A DNA stretch of 64,000 nt from Octopus sinensis (taxonomy: Eukaryota), in assembly GCF_006345805.1 (NCBI RefSeq), contig NC_043019.1:12275360-12339359 (forward strand), in the 5' to 3' direction. Below, piece after piece: positions 53,494 through 64,000 of the stretch. The translations under genes and the position numbers were made by a program. Positions within the stretch are counted from its first letter, which is position 1. Each line of letters starts with the position of its first letter. The notes under the pieces were generated by a model that had not been told where the DNA came from, made no database searches, and worked only from the letters and a program-made list of their open reading frames with translations.

Positions 53494-54840
53494 TTAACAT
53501 CCAGTTTCCATTTTGGAATGGGTTGGATGGTAATGTTAATGATAAAGATTTTCTAATTTTAGTTGTTTTTGTAGTGTATGGTTAGAGTTAGGGTTTGTAT
53601 TTTTTTTCTCCCTTCACTGAGTTGACCTGTGTCCTCACTATTTACCAAGATTGTGTGCAGGTAAAAATAAAGGGTTGTTGGGTTGTTGTTGTTCTACCTG
53701 GTATTAGCTCTGATTGAGCATTTATGACCAAAATCATTCCAGCCATGACCATCGTGTCTTATAGTTTTGGTCATAATGTTATTACATCTAGGTTTGCATT
53801 ATTCAATGCATGCTTTTATTTTTTAGACAGTCAGCTGTGATTTGAGAGATACTTGGCTGCTGTTTTCAGCAGAACAAACTACCATTTAGGGAGCTTCTTG
53901 TTGACATAGTAACCTAGTTTGCTTCTTCAGGTTTCTAGGTTAAAAAAAAATAGAAATAAATAAAATTGATTTTTCAAGTCTTCAGGTATCAATGTATAAG
54001 GTTTTGAATTAATCAGTCCCGGACCTTGAATATAGATACTTAGAAGTTTATGGTATTGCTTCTTATATTATCTATAAATAGTTGCTCTTTCTTTCTTCCT
54101 TCCTTTCTCTTGCTCTCCTTTCCTTGCTCTCCTCTCCTTGCTCTCCTCTCCTTGCTCCCTTTCTTGCTTTCTCTTATTCTCTCCCCTCACATTGTCTCTC
54201 CTCTCATTCTCTCAAAGTAGACACCATGAGACATCATACAAGAAATGCGACACTCTTTGTAAGTTAATACATGGGATGTGAATGTGTATAGATATTCTGA
54301 AGTAACTGAAGACAGACAAATCCACAGGGCTCCGTTGGATTAACTTACCTTAAATATAACAGAATGATTGGATTGAAATCAGCTGGTGATGTGTGACAAG
54401 GAATAGCCTGAAAGACAACTTTGGTGGTGGTTACAGTGGCAGCATTGTTCTGTTGTTATGTTAGTCCCAAGTCGGTTTTGATTTAGAAAACTCATGATTA
54501 AAGAATGTCCAAGATGTGACCATCAAATTTTTTATTTTTGCTTTCAGTTTACCCAAGAAAAAGTAATGCCTATTTATTCACATTGTTTTGAATTTGTGTC
54601 AAAAATCTGAAACCATTATTTACAACTTTACCTATTTTTATTAAGATCATTTATTTCATGTCTCTTGAAGTTTCTAAGTTCTTATGATGTAAACAACATA
54701 CAATTCTCACTAGAACAGATGGAGAAAATCGAAAGTCTAGCTTTGGTGTAATGGTAGAACATCTGTCATGTTTTCAGTAGATGTGGGTTTGAGTCCCATG
54801 AGCACCCATGAGTTTTACTCTTTCCATTTAAAGATTTCTT

Positions 54841-55067
54841 TTAACCATTTAGTGTTCAGATTATTCTATCAAACATAATGCTTATTGATTCCCATTGATT
54901 TGAATTAATCATGCATTATCTCATATCTTCAAGATCTTGATGGTGTAATTACTTAATGTAGAATAACATTGTAGGGTAGGTGTGAGAGCCTGGATCTGGT
55001 CAGTTTGAACATAAAACAGATTAAATATTTTGGTCGGATATGGCCGGTTTAAATACTAAAGGGTTAA
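54841..55067. mobile_element. piggyBac-like MITE family 1
   Basis: Nearly identical to 12265-12491. Confidence 0.85.
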
Positions 55068-55170
55068 ACCGGCCATATCCGGCCTAAATATTCTACATGT
55101 CTTATATTCAAATAAACAATCATTGAAACCTCAAAGCTGTAAGATAATGCATGATTAATTAAAAACAATT

Positions 55171-55511
55171 AATAAATCTCCGAACGAGATGTAAACAGTA
55201 ACCACTCGACAACGTAAAGTGTACTAGCCATCTGAATGTGGCTAGCCACTGGGGGTGGGTGTTACTGAAGCTTTTAGCCCCAGGAGATCATCGTCTCCAG
55301 CTGGCTTTAGACACACTTTCTGTGCCCTTCTGATATTCGCTGGGAAAAACATTAGATATTCGCAAACAGGTCTTTTCAATCGAAAACCGGTGATTACCGT
55401 ACGTTGACGAGAGGCAAAAACCTCGAAACTATAGTCCGTATGTATCACTTAGGTTTTCGAGAGGGGATGACCTCCCTTTGCGAATATCAGAAGGGCACAG
55501 AAAGTGTGTCA
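55171..55511 (+). mobile_element. Hammerhead-containing structured insertion (Penelope-like/retrozyme-type candidate)
   Basis: 14-bp TSD aattaaaaacaatt at 55157-55170 and 55512-55525. Perfect 31-bp inverted repeat 55310-55340/55480-55510 encloses the ribozyme motif. Inserted in a piggyBac-like MITE. Confidence 0.7.
55400..55440 (+). ncRNA. Type I hammerhead ribozyme motif
   Basis: TACG-TTGACGA-GAGG-caaaaa-CCTC-GAA-ACTATAGT-C-CGTA: stems I, II and a palindromic stem III, GUC cleavage triplet, C3U core variant. Confidence 0.8.
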
Positions 55512-56456
55512 AATTAAAAACAATTTGAGTGAAAAATTATTACATTTAACAGAGTAATCTGAACACTAAAGGCGGGGCGAGCTGGCAGAAACGTCAGCAT
55601 GCCGGGCGAAATGCTTAGCGATATTTTGTCTGTCTTTACGTTCTGAGTTCAAATTCCGCCGAGGTTGACTTTGTCTTCCATCCTTTCGGGGTCGATAAAT
55701 TAAGTACCACTTGCGTACTGGGGTCAATCTAATCGACTGGCCCCATATCCAACATTTCGGGCTTTGTGTCTAGAGAAGAAAAGAATCCGAACACTAAAGG
55801 GTTAAACACCAAAATTACACTTCAAGTTTCACTGTTAAAAACACAGGTTTTCTTTCTTATTTTCCAGTCTGTACAATTGAAGTAGCATTTAAACTGGCCA
55901 TAAATATAACTGGGCCCAAATATTTTACTGGGCCCAGTTATATGTTCAGCCCCAGATAAATCTGGCTTCTCACACCTACCATACAATGACATTCTAAAAA
56001 TAAACAAAGGCATCATTAAAATCTTGAAGGTACAAGATAATAAATAATAAACTTAAAGCAATAAGAATAAATATTACATTTGACAGAGTAATCTGTATGC
56101 TAAAGGGTTAAATTAAGATAGCTATTCATGTAGAATACTTAACATATATACACCATTGACAGGCAAGTCACTGCAGTTTTCATCAGAGATAAAATCTCTT
56201 ATGGGCATCTATCTCTATCCGCTCAGTCGAAGTCGACTCTCGGTCACTCGTTGGATCAGTGTCCTCCAGTCAGTTCTATCCTGGGCTGCTTCTTTCAGAC
56301 TGGCTATGTCCATTCTGTTTTTGTTTAAGGTAAAATCTCATTTAAGCATATGGCTGGCTGTGAATATGTCATTGACAAAACCAAACAAGGCTGAAATGAA
56401 TGCATCTAGTATTCCTGTTAGCCATTGTTGTCTCATGATATGTTTTTAAACACAGT

Positions 56457-56790
56457 ATGTGGATTCCATGGACAGCGAGGCTCACCAATGGAGAAGTTCT
56501 TTAGCAGATAAGGCCGAAAATGTCGCTAGAAGCTAGGATCACCAAGCGTAGATTGGCATATTTCGGTCATATTATGCGGAGAAAATCCCTGGAGAAGGAC
56601 ATCATGCTTGGAATGGTCAGTGGCAAGAGAGGAAGAGGCCGACCAAGAACCTGCTGGCTTGACACCATCAAGAGTGATACCGGAATGGACATGGCCAATC
56701 TGAAAGAAGTGGCCAGGATAGAACTGACTGGAGGACACTGATCCAATGAGTGACCGAGAGTTGACTTCGACTGAGCGGATAGAGAGAGAT
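56457..56790 (+). mobile_element. RTE-clade LINE 3' fragment (degenerate ORF C-terminus)
   Basis: IPWTAR..N.EVL...SLEARITKRRLAYFGHIMRRKSLEKDIMLGMVSGKRGRGRPRTCWLDTIK matches the RTE/BovB-type RT C-terminus. It has a stop and a frameshift. Confidence 0.85.
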
Positions 56791-56814
56791 GCCCATAAGA
56801 GATTTTATCTCTGA

Positions 56815-57192
56815 CTAGCAGTATCGCCCGGCGTTGCTCGGGTTTGTAAGGGAAATAACTATAAAGCATTTTTAGAGAGTTATAGCCAAAAAATAGCAAA
56901 AAAATGGAAAAAAAATTATGGTAAATTTTTTTTTGAGAGTTAAAAAGGTCGAGTTGCGTCTCCTAGACAGTCTGTGGTTTGTGTTTCTGATTCTCGACCC
57001 CATGTCGAATTTATCGATTTTTTTTCAGAACTGGGGGAACTTTTCAAAATTTTCGCTGCGTTAGTTTTGAATTATGACATTGGGCTATGTGTGTGTCAAG
57101 TTTCATCAGAATCGGTTGAAAGCCGTGGTCAGGGTGAGGGTACAACCTGACAGACACACAGACAGACAAACTGCCGTTTATATAGAGAGAGA
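56815..57192 (-). mobile_element. Non-autonomous Helitron (same family as 33139)
   Basis: Reverse complement of the 33139 element. It splits ...ctctga|tgaaaac..., whose empty site is seen in the inverted copy at ~56175-56195. Confidence 0.85.
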
Positions 57193-57432
57193 TGAAAACT
57201 GCAGTAACCTGCCTGTGAATGGAGAATATGCATTAAGTATGATATATAGGTGGCTATTTTGAAATAAAATTAGTGAAATAAAATGAATGTGAAATTTTTG
57301 GCAAATGTTTAATGTACATTACTAAATGGTTGTTTTTCTTTCTGTTTTGCTTCTAGATTTAAAGCATATGTCAGTGAGATTTGTGCTTTTGGGCAGCGTG
57401 AATTTAGCGCCGATGTACTTCCCTTCGACAGC

Positions 57433-57727
57433 ATGGAGGAAACCTACATCTACGTAGCAAACTATGAGTACACCCCGGACGTCAACCACAAGGGGGACAT
57501 TGCTATCTCAGTTGGTGACCAGCTGCTGGTCACCACACCAGTCTCTTCCAATTTTAAAGGCAGCCTAGAGAAACCGGAGGGCTGGCTGCGAGGAGTCAAC
57601 GTCAACAAGAATGTTTGTGGGAATTTCCCCGGTAATTATGTGCGGTTTGAGGGGAAACTGCCCCCCAGAGATCCACCACCCCCATACAGACAACCTCAGA
57701 ATACCGAATTACGTCCTTGCACAGAAA
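57433..57727 (+). CDS. PIK3R1: Coding part of exon 57357-57727: SH3 domain plus Pro-rich linker, PI3K class IA regulatory subunit p85-like (partial gene)
   Basis: Translation MEETYIYVANYEYTPD...GDIAISVGDQLLV...EKPEGWLRGVNVNKNVCGNFPGNYVRFEGKLPPRDPPPPYR has SH3 motifs with the long insert and GWLxGxN...GxFPGxYV typical of p85, then a PxxP linker. Acceptor: pyrimidine tract + ttctag ending 57356. Donor: gtgagt at 57728 (phase 1). The PIK3R1/2 paralog assignment cannot be resolved. Confidence 0.8.
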
Positions 57728-58559
57728 GTGAGTATTTTTAACCGACCTTTTTTGCTTTCACCTACTTAAGTGGGATTAACTGTAATACTCAGTGTTTGCT
57801 TGGGGCAGAAAGGGCTCCTTAGCCGTAGTGAAGGCAATCTATCTAGGGAGATAACCTTACAATAAATCACTGGGTCCATAGCTTAGAAATACTGGGTTGA
57901 TGTCCAGCGGGAACAGCTTTGTTTCATGGAGGAGGAAAGATCTTTAGTACTTGGTTGTACAATGCTTTCCGATGTGTGTAGTAGTGGCGCGCGCACACAT
58001 TATTAGCCATTTGAAAAGACTATGAAAGTCTCGACCACGGTCGAACAATGATGATGATGATGATGTTTGCTTTACCTGATCCCTTGAAGTGCAAAAACAT
58101 AGGTATAGGCTCTCTGAGTTTTGGGAAGCTATATAAGGCATTGGTTCTCAAACAGGGTCCAAATAAGATTTTGTTGGGGTCCACACAACAAAATAGTAAA
58201 TCAGGGATCCACAATAGTATTTTAAGGCTCCTTAAAAAAACAGTTTTGCTTTGGATGTGTGGCATGTATTGCAAGGCGCAGCCTTAGAAGCAGGGGAGAC
58301 AACTCCAGTGTTAGTTGCCCATTCGTCTGTGCAGCTCTGTTGCAGAAAAATGGTATCGAAAGTGCTTGTGACTAATAGTGGATGAGGAGGAGTGGGATCT
58401 TGAAGTGAAACTAGGGAGAAATAAGAGTTGTTACAGGTGACCATCACCACTCAAATTTTATTATGATATAAATAGAACAAATTGTTTTAGAGAGAGAATT
58501 CGTTTTTACATCTGGTTTTTCTATACTAGCATAGGTAAGGTGAATACACACACACACAC

Positions 58560-58776
58560 ATGAGGGGGTGCTGTAAAATTTCTGGCTTTAAAGGTATCTT
58601 GAAAGGCCTGGTTAGAGGCCCAAACGTCCAAGTTCTTTTACAGGGCTTAGAAAAACTGAAGGGCCGCTTGCAATAAGTACGTGAATCTGAGAGGGGAATA
58701 TGTTCTATAAAATCATAATTAACAGATCCTCCTGTATTTTCTTTTACGCGAAGCAAGGAATTTTTCAGCACCCCTA
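58560..58776 (+). mobile_element. Mariner-derived deletion element; second partial copy ~58925-59455 split by a Helitron
   Basis: TIR-like GAGGGGGTGCTG...CAGCACCCC. Internal GLEKL..R...VNLRGEYV* resembles a mariner transposase C-terminus. Confidence 0.65.
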
Positions 58777-59006
58777 CTTACAGATTTTCGGCACATTTAG
58801 ATATTTAACAAAAGTTTAAACACTTTATTGCAAATTTTATTCAGATGGCGGTGCCCCAGCATGGCCACAGCTCGTGAACTGAAACTAGATAAAATTAAAT
58901 TATAATACTGACACCCCATTCTGGAGCAACCTTTCGAGTTCTTTTTATAGGGCTTAGAAAAACTGAAGGACAATTGCAATAAGTGTGTGAATCCGACAGA
59001 GGAAAA

Positions 59007-59383
59007 TCTTTATATATAAAAGTGAAGTTGTGTGTCTGTCTCCTACGATTTAGATTCCTAACTACTCCCACATTTTGCGGTGCAGTTTAACCAAAACCGG
59101 GTATCTTATAGTCAGGATTCATATCGAGCCCTTCTGGGTATTAGCGCGCGTCTACGATGAGTCTACGTCTTTTTCCATTTTAATGCATTTTTTTCGCTAT
59201 TATATAAGGGAAGTAACTCTCTAAAATGTCTACGATGAGTCAACGATTTAAAAAAAAATTTACCATAATTTTTTTTTCCATTTTTAATGCATTTTTTTTG
59301 CTATTTTTTGGCTATAACTCTCTAAAAATGCTTATATAGTTATTTCCCTTACAAACCCGAGCAACGCCGGGCGATGCTGCTAG
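59007..59383 (+). mobile_element. Non-autonomous Helitron, second subfamily
   Basis: A|TCTTTATATATAAAA...CCCGAGCAACGCCGGGCGATGCTGCTAG|T. Shares only the 3' ~130 bp with 33139. Confidence 0.85.
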
Positions 59384-60771
59384 TGTTGAATAAAATCTTA
59401 ATTAACTGATCCTCCTGTATTTTCTTTTACCCAAAGCAAGGAACTTTTCAGCAGTATATATTGTTGAAAAATTGCTTTTCCTGCTGGATGTCCTTCTTGT
59501 TTCTAACTCTTAGCTGTTCTTCACTCAATGAGGTTTTTTCTTCTGTTTGTCTGGGGCAGTGGAAATGGCAACAGGGAACACTGACCATAGCTAATGCAAT
59601 CACAGAATATAAACCTACGTGACACCACTTGTAGGGCAGTGACATTCGTTTACAACTACCATATGATGTCAAAACAAAGTGGTGTAAAACACACCAGCAC
59701 ATGCACACCACATATGCAACAGGCATATATGTATGGACACCTGCAATCTCATACATGCACACTTTTGTTCATGTATACATAAACATAAACATGGATGGTA
59801 CAAGTGTCTCTCTGTGGTTTAGAAGCTTGTTTCCTAGCTACATGTTTCCAGGTTCACTTCACCTTCATGGTATCTTGAGCAAGTGTCAGTCTAAGCTGAC
59901 CAAAACTACATGACTGGATTTGGTAGACAGAAACTTAAAGAATTATGTTGCATATATCATCATCATCATCATCATCGTTTAGTGTCCGCTTTCCATGCTG
60001 GCATGGGTTGGACGGTTCAACCAGGTCTGTGAAGCCAGAAGGCTGCATCAGGCCCAGTCTGATCTGGCAATGTTTCTACGGCTGGATGCCCTTCCTAACG
60101 CCAACCACTCCGTGAGTGTAGTGGGTGCTTTTTACGTACCACTGGCACAGGTGCCAGACGAGGCTGGCAGACAGCCATGATCGGATGGTGCTTTTTACAT
60201 GCCATGTTATGAGATGTAATGGTGTCATTGAGACCCAAAGGTGTCAGGGAATGCTGAATAAGTGCTATAGATGGACCGTAGTTAAGTTCCAGGTTCAGTG
60301 ATAATGCGAATAAGGGGTTCAACGTTGGTCATATGTTAGCATGTGTATACAAAAATTTTTTTCGTGATCAGATAAAAAATCCAAGGCTTTGTAGATTTTA
60401 GAACATTTATATCTATAAATGTTCTAAAATCTACACACCCTTGGTTTTTTATCTCATTACAAAAAAAATTTATATATATATATATATATTGTTCTTTTAC
60501 TTGTTTCAGTAACTTAATTGTGGCCTTGCTAGAGCACCATTCTAAAGGGTTTTAGTCAAAGAAATTGACACCAGGACTTATTCTTTGTAAGCCTAGTACT
60601 TATTCAATCAGTCTCTTTTGTTGAATCACTAATTTACGGGAACATGGTTGTCAAACAATGGCAGATGGACAGACACACACACACACGCATAAATAAATGA
60701 ATATATATATAATATATATATATATATAATATATATATATATACTTTATTTAAAAGCAGCAGAAATTCAAC

Positions 60772-60819
60772 AAAACCTGTTACTCTTAGTTTCATGTTCC
60801 CGTTCGTTGGACAGTTTTT
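60772..60819 (-). ncRNA. Degenerate hammerhead-like motif in a TA-tract-inserted element (~60743-60888)
   Basis: Reverse complement: aaaaCTGT-CCAACGA-ACG-ggaa-CAT-GAA-ACT-aag-AGT-A-ACAGgtttt. The deviations are consistent with CpG decay. Confidence 0.5.
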
Positions 60820-60886
60820 GTTAACTCTACCCCTGGTATTTGAGTACTCTTTTTTCCACCTTGTTTCACATTTATGTATTTACTCC

Positions 60887-60932
<46 letters not shown>

Positions 60933-61301
60933 ACACACACACACACGATGGGCTTTTTTCCGTTTCCATCTACCAAATTAACTCACAAGGCTTTGGTCGG
61001 CCTGATGCTATGGTAGAAGACACTTGCCCAAGGTGCCATGCAATGGGACTGAACCCCAGAACCATGTGGTTGCAAAGCAAGCTTCTTACCACACAGCCAC
61101 ACCATCCTTTACTTGTTTCAGTCATTAGACTGCAGCCATGCTTAGGTAGGACCTTGAAGAATTTTTAGCTGGATGAATTTATGCTGTGGCTTATTCATTT
61201 TAAGCCAGGCACTTAATTTATCCATCTCTTTTGCTGAGCAGCTAAGTTATGTGGACATAAACTAACACCAGTTGTCAAGCAGTGTCGGAGGACAAACACA
61301 G

Positions 61302-61342
<41 letters not shown>

Positions 61343-61587
61343 TGACAATCTTTTTTGGTTTCCATCTATGAAATCTACTCACTGAGGATATAGAAGACAC
61401 TTGCCCAAAGTGCCACGCAGTGGAACTGAACCTAGAACCATGTGGTTGGGAAGAAAGCTTTCTTACCATGGGAGTGTGTTTTCGTGCCTTTTCGTTTTGA
61501 CATTATTTGATTGTTGTAAACGAGTGTCACTGTTATACAAGTGGTGTCGTTCATTTCCTATTTCTTTAAAAATCATGTCCAGTCATG

Positions 61588-61990
61588 TAGGCGCAGGAGT
61601 GGCTGTGTGGTAAGTAGCTTGTTTACCAACCACATGGTTCCGGGTTCAGTCCCACTACGTGGCACCTTGGCAAGTGTCTTTTACTATAGCCTCGGGCCGA
61701 CCAAAGCCTTGTGAGTGGATTTGGTAGACGGAAACTGAAAGAAGCCTGTCGTATATATGTATATATATATAATATGTGTGTGTGTATATGTTTGTGTGTC
61801 TGTGTTTGTCCCCCTAGCATTGCTTGACAACCAATGCTGGTGTGTTTACGTCCCCGTCACTTAGCGGTTCGGCAAAAGGGTCCGATAGAATAAGTACTGG
61901 GCTTACAAAGAATAAGTCCCGAGTTGCTCGATTAAAGGCGGTGCTCCAGCATGGCCGCAGTCAAAATGACTGAAACAAGTAAAAAAGAGA
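61588..61990 (+). mobile_element. SINE family A, full length
   Basis: Matches the consensus. Confidence 0.85.
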
Positions 61991-62503
61991 AAAAGAGAGA
62001 GTCATAGTGAACTATTACCTTGTTTGGAAATAGGTGAGGGTTGGCAACGGGAAGAGCATCTGGCTGTAGAATATCTGCCTTTAGAATATCCGTCTAACTC
62101 GTGCAAATATGGAAAAGTAGATGTTAAATCTGATGGTACTCATAAGCCAATGAATTGGACTACTATGTGTACACAGAATCTGCTAGAAACAGCAACTAAA
62201 TCTCCCTTAAATTTTACCATACCACAAAAAAAAAAAAAAGACCCCAGTGTAAAACCCATTTTATACTGTCATCTCAGATATGCTATGTTTGAAATTGTAA
62301 TAGGATGGTCATGGTTGGATTTTCTTCGCTAGTTTGGCTGAATCAAGGCTGATCTCAGAGAAAACGTGTTCACACATTTTGCTGGGTAACGTACTAGCTC
62401 AAGGGACGTAACTTTAGGTGAATTGTATGGTAGCCTGGAGATTATTTCCCCTTTGTTTGTTTTCATCAATGTTCAACAGCTTTCATAATTTCAACGCCAT
62501 TGC

Positions 62504-62541
<38 letters not shown>

Positions 62542-62971
62542 CCTTTCTACTAAAGGCACAATGCCTGAAATTTGTGGGGAGGGGACAAGTCAATTACATC
62601 GACCACAGTGTTTCACTGGTACTTAATTTATTGACCCTGAAAGGATAAAAGGCAAAGTTGGCCTCGGCAGAATTTGAACTCAGAACGTAGTAATTGGATG
62701 AAATGCTGCTAAGCATTTTTGTCTAGCACACTTAATGATTGTGCCAGCTTGCCGGCTTCTGGTGGAACTTCTTAATCACACAACCATGCTGATGTCTGTT
62801 TTTAAAAAAAGTGTGTCTGTTCTTTTATTATTGTTTCTTTTACTTGTTTCAGTCATTAGACTGTGGCCATGCTGGAGCACCGCCTTGGAAGATTTTAGTT
62901 GAATGAATTGATCCTAGTACTTGTTTTTAAACATGATACTTATTCTATTAGAGCCTTTTTGCCGAACCACT

Positions 62972-63219
62972 AGATCTAGCCACTTTCCTCGCAGGTCTAG
63001 CCCCTTTCCTCGCAGGTCTAGCCCCTTTCCTCGCGGGTCTAGCCACTTTCCTCATAGGTCTAGTCACTTTCCTCGCAGATCTAACCCCTATCCTTGCAGG
63101 TCTAACCCCTTTCCTTGCAGATCTAGCCCTTTTCTTGCAAGTCTAGCCCCTTTCATCGCAGGTCTAGCCCCTTTCCTCGCAGATCTAGCACCTTTCCTCG
63201 CAGGTCTAACCCCTTTCCT
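62972..63219. repeat. 21-bp minisatellite (~12 units)
   Basis: Unit aggtctagcccctttcctcgc. Confidence 0.9.
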
Positions 63220-63271
63220 ATATATATACTTGGAAATGGATGCGTCACGTTCAGTTAAATGACAAATAATG

Positions 63272-63302
<31 letters not shown>

Positions 63303-63309
<7 letters not shown>

Positions 63310-63550
63310 GCATATATGGGTACAGGATGTCACCAACTGTGCAAATAACAAGAAATACACAAACAAACGAGTTAAATATGTAAACAAGGAGAAGAAATAG
63401 ACAACCGACAACTGATGAAGGGTCCTTTCTCTGTGTTTACTTGTCCTGTTTTCCATTTTTTCTCGTTGTATACGAATTTTACTCAATTCTTTATGTATTT
63501 CATGTTATTTGCACTGTTGGTGATGTCCTGTACCCATACATGCATGTATA
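63303..63550. mobile_element. Foldback MITE in a TA tract
   Basis: Imperfect arms of ~105 bp starting atacatgcat.tatgggtacagga. Confidence 0.75.
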
Positions 63551-63598
63551 TATATGTGTGTGTGTGTGTGTGTATGTATATATATATATATATATATA

Positions 63599-63800
63599 TA
63601 GTATAGGACAATTAGTAAGTTGTCATAATAGAACTCAGAGTTTCAAATGCCAGAGCTAAAAGCTTTGATGCATTTTCATTGGCTATTTGGACGGTTTTAT
63701 CATAGCATCTATCGTCCAAATAGCCAATGGAAATGCCTCGAAGCTTTTAGTCCAGCATTTGAAACTCTGAGTCCTATTATGATAACTTACTGATTGCCTT

Positions 63801-63805
<5 letters not shown>
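63599..63805. mobile_element. Foldback MITE in a TA tract
   Basis: Near-perfect arms of ~95 bp around a spacer of under 20 nt. Confidence 0.8.
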
Positions 63806-63836
<31 letters not shown>

Positions 63837-63956
63837 GCCATGATAGATTGTTAGCCACTACACACATTTTTTTTCTCTCCTTGTTTTTTTTCTCTCTTTT
63901 TTCTTCTCTCCTTTTTTTTTCTCTCCTTGTTTCTCTCCTCGTTTTTTTCTGTGTCC

Positions 63957-63992
63957 CTTTCTGTAGAAGAGTGTAGGCTCAAAACGTAAAAG
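63957..63992 (+). ncRNA. Degenerate minimal hammerhead-like motif in a TA-tract-inserted element (63833-64000, runs off window)
   Basis: CTTT-CTGTAGA-A-GAGT-gtag-GCTC-AAA-ACGT-A-AAAG. Same architecture as 52191, with two core deviations. Confidence 0.45.
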
Positions 63993-64000
63993 ACTTTTTC

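Noticed and set aside
62921-63486. ORFs with RRSSPFP/KGARPAR repeats
   Set aside because: Product of the 21-bp minisatellite inside a SINE remnant, with no splice support.

Overview
Eukaryotic, AT-rich, very repeat-dense genomic DNA with one 100-N gap (47594-47693). The repeat families resemble those of octopod cephalopods (recalled, not verified). Only one convincing protein-coding exon is visible: 57357-57727 (+), encoding an SH3 domain plus Pro-rich linker like the N-terminus of class IA PI3K regulatory subunit p85. Nearly all other listed ORFs are translations of microsatellites or SINEs. The rest is probably intron/5' region, filled with several tRNA-derived SINE families, RTE-type LINE 3' fragments, TTAA-flanked piggyBac-like MITEs, hAT and mariner remnants, three non-autonomous Helitrons, foldback elements, minisatellites and a 5S rRNA copy. 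The main unexplained signal is seven hammerhead-ribozyme-like motifs from about six unrelated small elements. The best one (55400-55440) caps a ~200-nt hairpin inside a 341-bp insertion with a 14-bp TSD, which fits Penelope-like/retrozyme-type mobile RNAs. Other notable structures: SINE multimers bounded by a single TSD, a 5S/RTE-tail chimera, and inverted duplications that copy retroelement junctions, one just upstream of the coding exon. All coordinates were read by eye, and repeat boundaries are approximate.
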